Of a DNA stretch of 53,218 bases, positions 43,823 through 53,176 are shown one piece after another. The first letter of the stretch is position 1; every line of letters begins with the position of its first letter. The stretch spans positions 1 to 53,218 of the IMG/VR virus record IMGVR_UViG_3300037150_000044, one strand, 5' to 3'. The stretch is from a virus (lineage: Duplodnaviria; Caudoviricetes). Position numbers and translations under genes: made by a program. Under the pieces are notes generated by a model, which had not been told where the DNA came from, did no database searches, and saw nothing but the letters and a program-made list of their open reading frames with translations.

Positions 43823-45871
43823 ATGAAGCTAACAAAACTGCGCGACCTGTTTGAGTCTGCGCGTCATAACCCGAACTATCATTACCGCGAACTCAGTGAC
43901 GAGACTTATCAGGAGATGGCAACCGCCAGCTTCAACAAGCTCACAGAGTCGCAGTCTAAGCGAGTCGTTTCCAGTTGGAAAGATTCAGTCACGGACAAAA
44001 TAAACTTAGAAGAGTGGGATGTTGCAAAGCATACCTCAGAGCTTGTGAAGTTTCGCTTCATGGCACAGACGAATCTCTTCTTCATGTGTCATCTCTTGGA
44101 AACCTACAAGCAGACCACAGTGAACACGCACGAAGAGATTTGCAACAAGTTCTTCGTGCAAAAGAATCCGACATTCACCACCTTTGAATCGTTTGCCAAA
44201 CAGTACACCGATCTGAAAGACCGAATGCTCCTCGTACCCCGAGGCGGATTCAAGTCGTCTATCGACATCGCGGATTGCGTGCAGTGGATCGCGTGCTTCC
44301 CTGCGGTGACGATTCTTATTCTCACCGGCGTGTATAAACTCGCAAGCGACTTCGTTGGAGAGCTACGCGGACACTTCACATTGGAGAACACCGAGGACAT
44401 CAACGAGGAGACCAAGAAGATCAAGCTCCGTCCTAAGTTGTTCTTCGATGACGAGACCGGCGTGTGGTCTTCCAGTATGTTTCAGGTGATGTTCCCTGAA
44501 CACTGCATACCACCGGGAGAAGGAACTCAATTTGAGTACGAGTCGCCAGCGGGCGGCCATGAGAAGGAACCAACAGTACGGGCAGCATCTATCGAGCAGG
44601 CTCTCGCCGGTATGCACTTTGCCGTCATGAAGCTGGACGACGTTGTGACCAACGAGAACAGCCAGACGGTTGACCGACTCATCAAGGTGAGTAAGCAGAT
44701 CAGCATTGATCGCGCTATGCTTCACCCTTACGGATTCATGGACGTAATCGGTACGTGGTATGACGAGAAGGATTACTACGGACTGAAGATCAAACAGCAA
44801 GAGACCTTTGCTAAGGACGAAGGGTTACTCGACTGCGTGAAAGGTACCGTGGATTCAGGACGCTTCGAGATAAGCGTTGACACAAAGATTTATCTGCGCA
44901 GCGCGTTGTGGCTCACGCAGACGGCTGTTGATTTGGGCAAGACCGACCTAGATGCGAAAGCACAGGACTACGAGTTGTGGTTCCCTGAACGGTTGGATTT
45001 CAAGTTCCTATCAACTGAGCGAAAGACAGACCCAGAAGGGTTTGCTATCAAGTACCTCAACAATCCGCGAAAGATTCATCGTATCAAGTTTGACCGTGCT
45101 CTTCTCCTAAAGCGCACCATACCGCATAACCAGTTGCCCCCTCAAGGGATTGTCGTGACGACTATCGACACCGCGTACTCCACAAAGTCGTGGGCTGATT
45201 ATACGGTCATTCTCACTACCCTCATTTATGGGGGACGTTTCTACATCATCAACATGGTGCGGGGACGGTTCAGCGAGTACGAGCTACCGGCAGTCATTGC
45301 AGCCACAGGCCACAAGTGGAAACCCAAGCGCATTGCGATTGAGGATTCTGTAGGTGTGAAGTGGATGGGACGCGAACTCCGCCGAGAGATGGACAAGTTG
45401 CAGATCAGCATTCCAGTCGAGTACGTTTCGTTGGGTCTGGGTAACAAGTCTAAGTCGAAGCAGTTGAAGGCTAAGCCAGTGCTCAGATTGTTGGGCGACG
45501 AGCGAATGTACTTCCTCAACTCTTGCGAGGGATTGAACGAACTGTACAACGAACTTGAAGCATTTACCGGAACGTCTGACGACGCCCACGACGACATCGT
45601 TTCCGCCTTATCATTGCTAGTCGAACAATTCAGTTCGTATGCTGATGCAGGCGCGAGAGTAACGAGTGTGGACGCGCAGTACGTGAGCGACAAACAGAAT
45701 TACGAGCGTCATCAGTTGATCTACGGGTTGGGCAAGTACGCTAAGTTCAACGCCAACCAGATGATCAACGATGACAACCCTGTCACCAACTTCCAGTTGG
45801 AAAATGACAGCCGGTTCCGAGAACCGCAAGGGCCAGCAGATGTTGACCCGTTCGCAGATTTGTGTGTGTAA
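43823..45871 (+). CDS. terL: terminase large subunit
   Basis: Walker A PRGGFKSS, Walker B KLDDVV, IGTWY, nuclease motifs IDTAY, DYTVI, HDDIVSALS. Confidence 0.92.
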   Translation: MKLTKLRDLFESARHNPNYHYRELSDETYQEMATASFNKLTESQSKRVVSSWKDSVTDKINLEEWDVAKHTSELVKFRFMAQTNLFFMCHLLETYKQTTVNTHEEICNKFFVQKNPTFTTFESFAKQYTDLKDRMLLVPRGGFKSSIDIADCVQWIACFPAVTILILTGVYKLASDFVGELRGHFTLENTEDINEETKKIKLRPKLFFDDETGVWSSSMFQVMFPEHCIPPGEGTQFEYESPAGGHEKEPTVRAASIEQALAGMHFAVMKLDDVVTNENSQTVDRLIKVSKQISIDRAMLHPYGFMDVIGTWYDEKDYYGLKIKQQETFAKDEGLLDCVKGTVDSGRFEISVDTKIYLRSALWLTQTAVDLGKTDLDAKAQDYELWFPERLDFKFLSTERKTDPEGFAIKYLNNPRKIHRIKFDRALLLKRTIPHNQLPPQGIVVTTIDTAYSTKSWADYTVILTTLIYGGRFYIINMVRGRFSEYELPAVIAATGHKWKPKRIAIEDSVGVKWMGRELRREMDKLQISIPVEYVSLGLGNKSKSKQLKAKPVLRLLGDERMYFLNSCEGLNELYNELEAFTGTSDDAHDDIVSALSLLVEQFSSYADAGARVTSVDAQYVSDKQNYERHQLIYGLGKYAKFNANQMINDDNPVTNFQLENDSRFREPQGPADVDPFADLCV

Positions 45872-45944
45872 GGGATCATATATTGCACCTAAAGTGGGTT
45901 TATGGTGCAATATATGGCACCTTATTAGCTCTTGAGGAGATTCA

Positions 45945-46526
45945 ATGCAGGTATACGCCATAAACAACATCGCTAACGGCAAGCTGTACATCGGTCAGCA
46001 CGCAGGCGAAGACCTGATTGCATACCTGAAGCACAACATTAGAGCGGCGTTGCGCAACGCTGGTAATAAGACCTTCTTGTATAGAGCAATTCGCAAATAC
46101 GGAGGAGATAACTTTACGATCCGTTGTATTCACAAGTGTTCGGATAAGAGTGAGATGGATAGTGTAGAGAAGACCTATATCAAATTCTTTGGAACCCAAG
46201 ACCCTGAGTTAGGTTATAACATAACGGCAGGGGGCGGAGGGCGGTTAGGAACCAAAAATCCACACACCGAAGAACAAAAGATAAACATGAGTCGAATCAT
46301 GACAGGCCGTATTTTCACTGCGGAATGGAAGAAAAAAATTGGCGACGCCCAACGGGGCAGACCGCTCACCGAGGCGCATAAAGCCGCTTTGAAAGGTGCT
46401 CAACTGGGGGTAAAGAAATCACCAAGGTCTCCTGAGCATTGCGAAAAAATCAGAGAGAATAAGAGAAAGTGGTGGGCACTAAGGAAGCGGGAGGTTGATC
46501 AATGCCAGACACTCAAGACCGTATAG
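45945..46526 (+). CDS. free-standing GIY-YIG homing endonuclease with NUMOD3 repeats
   Basis: VYAINN...KLYIGQ, RAIRKYG..NF, GYNITAGG, HTEEQKINMS. Confidence 0.92.
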   Translation: MQVYAINNIANGKLYIGQHAGEDLIAYLKHNIRAALRNAGNKTFLYRAIRKYGGDNFTIRCIHKCSDKSEMDSVEKTYIKFFGTQDPELGYNITAGGGGRLGTKNPHTEEQKINMSRIMTGRIFTAEWKKKIGDAQRGRPLTEAHKAALKGAQLGVKKSPRSPEHCEKIRENKRKWWALRKREVDQCQTLKTV

Positions 46527-48849
46527 AGTCTGACGGCTCCGTACGAACCACGCTAAGCGTAGAAGACTACGGTAAAGGTAGTGAATTGAAGACGCTCAAT
46601 GCTGAGTTGGCTTTGGTTCTTGGCTCTGCTACAAAAGCTGAGCAGTTCATCATCGACCGCCAGTGGAATCTGCTCTGGAGAGATGCAGATTTACTTTATC
46701 AGTCCCCACGCCCGATGAGCGTGTACGAAAATACCTAAACATACATGGGTCACTCATTAGTAATAATGATGTGAGAACCTTCTCTGATTGACTTGGAAGC
46801 TGAAATGGCTAACAGGGGGCAAGCGAAAGCAGCCTGAACGACTAAGTGAGAGGGCATCCTTCGGGATGGTGCGATAGTCTGACCTGCATGGAATGAAAAC
46901 ATGCAGAGATAAGCAGAAATGACTTATCTCGGTGTAAGCCGATAACAATAAGTGATGTATTAGAACCGAACGTTCAGCGATTCACTGTAGCAAAGGTTGT
47001 GAATGCAGTTGTGCCGCAGCTATATAAGGGATTGTTTTATGCAGACCCTCCTATGGTTCTGCGGCCTCGTGCTGGCACAAGCCAGAAGACAACCGATGCA
47101 AAGACGATTCTCTTCTCCGTTCTTTTGAACGAGTGCAAATTCAAGACTGAAACGAAGTGGGGTCTTGAGCAGATGGCGTGCCTCGGCACCGGCATATGGA
47201 AGTGGGGCATTCGTTACGAAAAGGTAATGACGCAGAAGCGTACCAGTACGGCGGTGAAGTTGTCCGCTGGAGTGGGCGATCAGCAAGACACGCAGACTAT
47301 ACCTACAACCGATCCTCCGAAGGTGACAAAGACTTACCGCACAGTAGCCCGCCCGTTCTTCGAGTCGCGCCCTATCAACAAGGTATGGGTCGCTCCTAAT
47401 TGCGAGTTCGGTGACATTCGCATGTCCGACTTCGTTATCGACGTTCGGTACATGGACTTCTACGCGGTAAACGACATTCGCAAAGCACTAGAAGAGATAC
47501 GCGAACAAGACCCAGAGCACAAAGACCTCGAAGGTTGGAACCTGCCGCGCACTGAAGACGAGCTTCGCAAGTGGTGGTTCGCTCCTATTGGAGATACGGC
47601 CCCCATCTTGGCGAGTGATCAAGCCACGTACATGCGTGGTGCTGTTCACCACTCGGAAGACCAGAACGTTGAAGTCTCGCCGGACAAGCTCTTCAAGAAG
47701 TTGGAAGTGTTGGAGTATTGGGACAAGGGCCGCAAGGTCACTGTTATCGACCGCAAGAAGGTCATCTTCTCCGGGGACAACGAGTTCGGAGTAATTCCGT
47801 TCCTGTCCGCTAACTGGTGGAACCGATCCAAAGCATTTTACGGCATGGGCCTTGGCCTTATTGTCGGACAGAACCAGCGAGTTGATCAGGGCACAATCAA
47901 CGCAATTCTCAAGATTCTGTCCTTTGGTGTCAACCCGATTTATTTGCGCAAGCGTGATACAAACGCTCCGACGCAGATGATCCGTACTGGTCTGGGTAAA
48001 ATCCTGACCGTTGATACAGAAGTCGATAAGTCGTACAAACTGCTTGAGACACCGAAGACCCCGCCTGACATCTGGGCAGCATTAGCCGAATCTGAGAAAG
48101 CGACCGAGAGTTCTTCGGGGGCTGATGCGCAGCTTGTACAAGGCTCGTCCGCAGGCCCACGATCTTCGATGGGACGCACAGCAGGCGGAGCTAATCTACT
48201 TGCAGGCGCAAGCGCGACTCGTCTTGACGGGCCGTTAGACAACTTCATCGAACAGGTGTTCGCACCGTTCTTGTACATCCTTGATGATCTGATCTTGAAC
48301 TACATATCGGATGCTGAGATTGTCGCCATCCTTGGCGATGAGATGGGCAACGATTACGAGGTCGATCTTGAGGCGTTCCACGCAGCTAAGATTGAGTACG
48401 AGGTTCTTGCCGGTGCAGCTTTGGCCGCCAAGCGCACTATGGCTCAGTCGATGACTTTGCTCACACAGATTTTAGAGAACCCGCAGATCACTGATCAACT
48501 CGCAGATGTAAACGAGGAGTACATTGATTGGAAGGTCATCTTGAATATGTGGCTTGAGTCGAGTGAGTGGAAGAACAAGAACGACATCATCAAGCCGATG
48601 ACAGCGCAAATGAAACAGAAACGTGCAGCCGCATCACAAGCCGCACAGCAGCAGTCTAAGGCAGCAGTAGCCCAACAGTCCACGCAGCAGAAGTTCCAAC
48701 AGAAGCAGACGCTTGAAGATCAGGCCACGAACAACCGAATCAAACGAGACATCGTGAGAGAGGCGTTCAAGGACAACGCAACAAGCGAGGCAACTGAAGG
48801 CACTGCTAACCCATTGGGTCTGGAGGGTTCGGAGCCGACTGTAGAGTAA
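46502..48849 (+). CDS. portal protein, spliced: join(46502..46736,46955..48849), about 709 aa
   Basis: Removing the intron gives ...VYENT-Y-VLEPNVQRFTVAKVVNAVVP...; GTGIWKWG and FYGMGLG motifs; located after terL. Confidence 0.88.
46737..46954 (+). ncRNA. group I intron, ORF-less, 218 nt, in portal gene
   Basis: 5' exon ACCU pairs with GGGU (U:G); IGS AUACAU pairs with 3' exon AUGUAU (P10); P3 CUCU/AGAG; P7 GACUA/UAGUC; terminal G. Confidence 0.92.
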
Positions 48850-48944
48850 AGCTAGAAGCGGGTAGCGAGGACTCGGGAAGTCCTCACTGAATACCACGGT
48901 GCTCCGTGGTTGCTACCCATTTCGACACTCACCGGGGAGGGTAA

Positions 48945-49325
48945 GTGAAAACAGAATTTACGCCAGAGCTTGAACTCACACGAGGCCAGCAGGCGGCATT
49001 GGCGTTGACGTGTGCGCCAACAAACGAGGGTTGGAAGACAGTCCATCTCATAGCTCGTTCCGAAGTTGACAAGTTCGTTCTTGACCTTGTGAATACAGAC
49101 CCGGCCTTGAAGGAGGATGTGCTGACTAAGCACATGATGTCTAAGGTTGCAGCTATGCTGTACGAAGGCATCGTTCAACGTATCAACTTTGAAGTACAGA
49201 AGTACATGGCTGACCATACATCGAAAGAGCCAGTTGACTTCACCGAGGGAATCCTAGACATAGGGCCACGCGCAAGCCGACAATCAGACCTCGATGAATC
49301 TCTGGGAGGAGATGAGATAGAATGA
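48945..49325 (+). CDS. hypothetical head-module protein (126 aa)
   Basis: SD GGAGG; usual position after the portal. Confidence 0.75.
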   Translation: MKTEFTPELELTRGQQAALALTCAPTNEGWKTVHLIARSEVDKFVLDLVNTDPALKEDVLTKHMMSKVAAMLYEGIVQRINFEVQKYMADHTSKEPVDFTEGILDIGPRASRQSDLDESLGGDEIE

Positions 49326-50353
49326 GCAATCTTTCAGTAGAAGAGCAAACACCAATCGTTGTTGAGACTCCGGTTGAGAGCATTTATGAATTTCAACCGA
49401 CCGACGAAAACGGACGCCCTGTTGGCGGTAAGCAGGTCATCAAGTACCGCACGCCAGAAGAGCTTACATTCAAGCTGACCGAACAGAATACGCTTCTGAT
49501 CCGAAAGCTGCGTGAGCAAACGAAGAAGGCCCGGCTTGGGCAGTTGGACGTAGACACAATTGACGACGCGGCACCTCGCTTCCAGAATCCAGTCGAGTTC
49601 AAACCCCGGCAGCTTTCGTACGAGGATCGCGTGAAGCTGAGCCAAGACCTGCTCGACCCTGAGCATTTTGACAGCGCAGTCAACACCATCTTCGAGGCAA
49701 GCACTGGTATCCAGTCGCAGAAGCTCAACGAGGTGATCACGACCCTTCAGACCGACAACGCGCAGATCAAGGCGCAGCGGGAAGTAGACAAGTTCATTCG
49801 GCGCAACCGGGACTATATCGTATGTCCTGAGAATTTCGAGGCTATTACGAACTGGATGGTGCGCTATGATCTGGCCCCAGTGGAGGGTAACTTCCAGAAG
49901 GCTTACGACACGCTCAAGGCAGCCGACGTACTGGTTACGTCTGTTGAGGTCATTCCGACCCCCACATACACCTTTCCTGAGCCTGTAGCGGCCCTTGTAG
50001 AGGCTACTGCGGTCGAGGAGGATCATGTACGTGAGGAAATCCCAGCGGTCGCTCCTGCGGTCACTGAGCAGCCCGCGCCGGTAGTGTCACGGGTACCGTC
50101 CGGCATCAGCCGGGCGAACGCTTCGGACGCTGGTACACCCCGGCCCATCGGTGATGAAATCGTGTACGAGTTCGTACAACGCGACGGTAAGGGGGTGCAG
50201 ATCGGTGCTCCTAAGGTCACTAAGGGACTTGCAGCCATCAATGCGATGCCCAGCGAGGAGTATAAGCGTCGTCTTCTGCACGAGAAGGGATTCGCGCAGA
50301 AGGTTGAAAAGCTAGAAGCAGATGCGGCAAAGAGGCGTAGAGACCGGGGGTAA
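49322..50353 (+). CDS. putative capsid scaffolding protein
   Basis: Acidic and helical, ends AMPSEEYKRRL...; lies between portal and capsid. Confidence 0.65.
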   Translation: MSNLSVEEQTPIVVETPVESIYEFQPTDENGRPVGGKQVIKYRTPEELTFKLTEQNTLLIRKLREQTKKARLGQLDVDTIDDAAPRFQNPVEFKPRQLSYEDRVKLSQDLLDPEHFDSAVNTIFEASTGIQSQKLNEVITTLQTDNAQIKAQREVDKFIRRNRDYIVCPENFEAITNWMVRYDLAPVEGNFQKAYDTLKAADVLVTSVEVIPTPTYTFPEPVAALVEATAVEEDHVREEIPAVAPAVTEQPAPVVSRVPSGISRANASDAGTPRPIGDEIVYEFVQRDGKGVQIGAPKVTKGLAAINAMPSEEYKRRLLHEKGFAQKVEKLEADAAKRRRDRG

Positions 50354-50356
50354 CCC

Positions 50357-50785
50357 ATGCTACGACTCGTTGACCGTTTCAACGAAGAAGACATTCAGGA
50401 AGTCTTCCGCATAACGGACGAGTGCTATCCCGGCGACGGGTACTCACAATCCGATCTGCGGAAGATTCTGATGCAGTACCCGGCGTGGTTCATAGATGAA
50501 GGCGGCGTGAAAGCGAACCTCATCTCAGAGATTTCCAAGGGCCAGCCTTACGTATGGAGTGTCTGTACAACAGCGTCCCACAGAGGACGTGGATGCGCAG
50601 CGACACTGCTCAAAGCATTTGAGAAGCACTACGCGGACGCAGGCTACCATAAGTTCTGGTTGCAAGTCCGCACAGAGAACCCCGCTCAGAAATTGTACTT
50701 CGACATGGGGTATCGAGTGGCTTCATTTTCACCAAGTTCGTATGGTGCTCTGCAACATGGTATGACCATGCGAAAGAGTATCTGA
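50357..50785 (+). CDS. GNAT acetyltransferase (RimI-like)
   Basis: HRGRGCAATLL, LQVRTENPAQKLY..MGY. Confidence 0.88.
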   Translation: MLRLVDRFNEEDIQEVFRITDECYPGDGYSQSDLRKILMQYPAWFIDEGGVKANLISEISKGQPYVWSVCTTASHRGRGCAATLLKAFEKHYADAGYHKFWLQVRTENPAQKLYFDMGYRVASFSPSSYGALQHGMTMRKSI

Positions 50786-51005
50786 AGTGATGGGTGCAGG
50801 ACGGTCGGATTACCGTACCACATCCCCTAAGTTATGTGCTGAGGAAATAATTCGGTCTGAGACCTTGACCGAGCAATCACAAACACCAGTCGGATTACTG
50901 GCGGAGGGATTGTCTACACATTGAAGGCAAAAAAGCACACGCTATTTTTCTCTGGGAGGAGGAAGATAAACGACGTGCGCCTTTGAAGTAAAAAGGATAA
51001 CTACA

Positions 51006-53176
51006 ATGGGTTATACTCCTGCGGGAAATAATCAAGGCAATCTGCCTCAGTCCACCGTCAAGTTCTACGATAAATAATCTTGTCGTAGTCAAACCTTCTC
51101 TAATTGACTCGAAACCTGAAACGGCAACGAGGCGGAAGCGAAAGCACCGTGAGAGACTAAACGAGAGGGCACCCGCAATGACGGGTGATGCAATAGTCCG
51201 ACCATACGGGAAGACTAAAAAACCGTATGAGGTACGCAGAAATGCCGTACCCGCGATCTGAGTCGCGCAACAAGTTGAAGAAATTTCGTGAAAACCTGAA
51301 GGCTCAGACTCCCTTCGTCGCTTGCTCCGAGCGTCTCGATCTTCCGACTAAGAGCGGAAATCAATATGAGATGTTTATGTATGTACCGTTTGCTGCCAAC
51401 ACTGCGCAGACAACGGAAGGTACTGTGGGCAGTTCCATCAGCATCAGTGTTCTTACGACCACTGCTACAATTGGCGAGTACGCTTTTGTCTAATTGGCGT
51501 TCTCGTAAAACAAAATCTTGCTATATCGGTGAAAACCTGATAGAATGTCCTTATGGGAAAATATCAGACAATACCGAGGAAAGACTCTTGAAAGAACACA
51601 CTAAGGCATATATGGCCGGGATGATGGATGCAGAGGGTACGTTTACTATAACGACCTGTACGCATAAATCTCTTGGACACCAACTTTACGATCCTTGTAT
51701 ACGAATGACCAGCACCTGCCGTCCTGTAGTGGATTGGGCAGTAGAGAACTTCGGTGGAACGATATACGGTCACAAACTGACTGGAACATCTAAACTGGAG
51801 CGCTGGGACTGGTCAACGGATTCGTATAGCCATTCTAGTGCGTTCCTTTCTTTAGTATCACCTTACCTTCTCATCAAACGCGATGAGGCAAAAGTACTTG
51901 AGGAGTTTTACAGCCTGTATCGAAAACAGGTTCCAACTCAACGAGCGTACCTTTGTGAAAAGCTAAAGGCTCTAAAGAAGAGAGAATCCCTAACGACTAA
52001 TACGCAAGAACTTCCTAATAAAGACAATTTGATAAACGCTTATTTTGCTGGATTTTTTGATGGAGAAGGAACCGTTCGCTTCACCAAGAACAATGGATAT
52101 GATGATGTAAGGATATCCCTTGGCAATACAGCAAAAAGTAACCTAGAACTTCTGAAGACATTGTACGGCGGTCACATTTACACACTGGGCGGAGAAAGTA
52201 GACCCCAAGTGTGCAGGCAACCTATGTGGCAGTGGCAATTGGATAAGAAGTCAGATCAGGTATCATTCCTGCTCAAAGTTATCCCTTATCTAAAAATAAA
52301 AAGAGATAGGGCAAAAGAGGCGTTAGTTTTTATTAGAAAAGTAAGATAGAGTCTGACCTCGTAGGAAACTATGAGAGCGGTCCCGCAGTGATGCGGTGAT
52401 CCTATAACAAGCATAAGGATTATGCAAACTTCTCCTCGCTCTCGCTTGCAACAGCAATCGACAGCACCGTTGAAAACGTGGCGCGTGAGCTTGCTTACCG
52501 TCTTGGTGAGTCCCTGTCTGGCCTTGTCCGTGCAACTGCTGACGGCGCATCCAGCGTTGACTCCAGCGTGCTGACACAGCTTGGCGCGGTTTCGACTTCG
52601 AGTTTCACGACTCTTAGCCTGAACCAGATTCGTAACAGCGTTCAGTCCCTCGCTGGTCGTTCGGTTCGTCCGTTCGATGAAGCATCCAAGAGCTTCTGTG
52701 GTGTACTTCATCCGTTCTCACTTGGTGACGTTCTTTCGGACGTGAGCAACAACAGTCCTATCGACATTCTGAAGCACACTCCGGTGGGCCAGATGAAGAT
52801 GGAAGACCTTGTTTCCACCGATCTGACAGAAATGATCGAGCTTCCGGGTTCTGGTGTTCGCTTCTTCCAGACCAATCAGGTTACGACCACTGCTAACTAC
52901 AAGGGTGTGTCCGGCCTGACTGCGCTGCGTACCTACATCTTCGGGCGTGATGGCATTTACAGCATCAAGCTGGGAGCACAGGGCGACACAGACTTCGGTG
53001 ACGGAGAGTGGAGCAACATCAAGTGCAACATCGTGCAGAACGCTGAGCCGACTGTTGCCGATCCTGAAGGACTTATCCCCGGATACCATTTGTCTGTCCG
53101 GTTTATCTAGCCCCAGCTTTATTGGGACGAGCTATCGTGTTCACTTCACGACTAGCCTTGGGCCAGATACCACAAT
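51006..53176 (+). CDS. major capsid protein (N4-gp56-like), spliced: join(51006..51071,51278..51484,52418..53084,53125..~53176,...), incomplete
   Basis: Joined translation: MGYTPAG...VKFYD-KKFRENLKA...TIGEYA-DYANFSSLSLATAID...DPEGLIPG-W-TSYRVHFTTSLGPDTTI. Confidence 0.85.
51072..51277 (+). ncRNA. group I intron 1 in capsid gene, ORF-less, 206 nt
   Basis: P1 CUACGAU/GUCGUAG; P10 UCUU/AAGA; P7 GACUA/UAGUC; terminal G; in-frame join. Confidence 0.92.
51485..52417 (+). mobile_element. group I intron 2 in capsid gene, 933 nt, carrying a homing endonuclease
   Basis: P1 GAGUACGCU/GGCGUUCUC; P3 UCUUGC/GCAAGA; P7 GACU/AGUC; terminal G; in-frame join. Confidence 0.9.
51588..52349 (+). CDS. intron-encoded double-motif LAGLIDADG homing endonuclease (start approximate, TTG)
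   Basis: AYMAGMMDAEG and AYFAGFFDGEG, each followed by a PYL.IKR motif. Confidence 0.92.
   Translation: MKEHTKAYMAGMMDAEGTFTITTCTHKSLGHQLYDPCIRMTSTCRPVVDWAVENFGGTIYGHKLTGTSKLERWDWSTDSYSHSSAFLSLVSPYLLIKRDEAKVLEEFYSLYRKQVPTQRAYLCEKLKALKKRESLTTNTQELPNKDNLINAYFAGFFDGEGTVRFTKNNGYDDVRISLGNTAKSNLELLKTLYGGHIYTLGGESRPQVCRQPMWQWQLDKKSDQVSFLLKVIPYLKIKRDRAKEALVFIRKVR
53085..53124 (+). other. 40-nt intron-like insertion in capsid gene
   Basis: Begins after a U, can form P1 CCGGAU/GUCCGG, ends in G; removal restores GGA-TGG-ACG (G-W-T). Confidence 0.65.

Noticed and set aside
35513-45871. Inteins or introns in polA or terL
   Set aside because: Continuous ORFs with no C/S...HN-C/S/T intein ends and no group I core sequences seen.
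48858-48925. Canonical hammerhead ribozyme
   Set aside because: The conserved CUGANGA and GAAA core is absent; kept only as an unknown structure.
51366-51587. N-terminal part of the 327-aa ORF in the track
   Set aside because: It overlaps capsid exon 2 in another frame and the intron P1-P5 region; the nuclease most likely starts near 51588.
53081-53127. T4 gene 60-style ribosomal bypass GGA to GGA
   Set aside because: No stop directly after the take-off codon, and landing at 53125 gives RAIVFTSRL..., less capsid-like than the WTSYRVHF frame. Not formally excluded.
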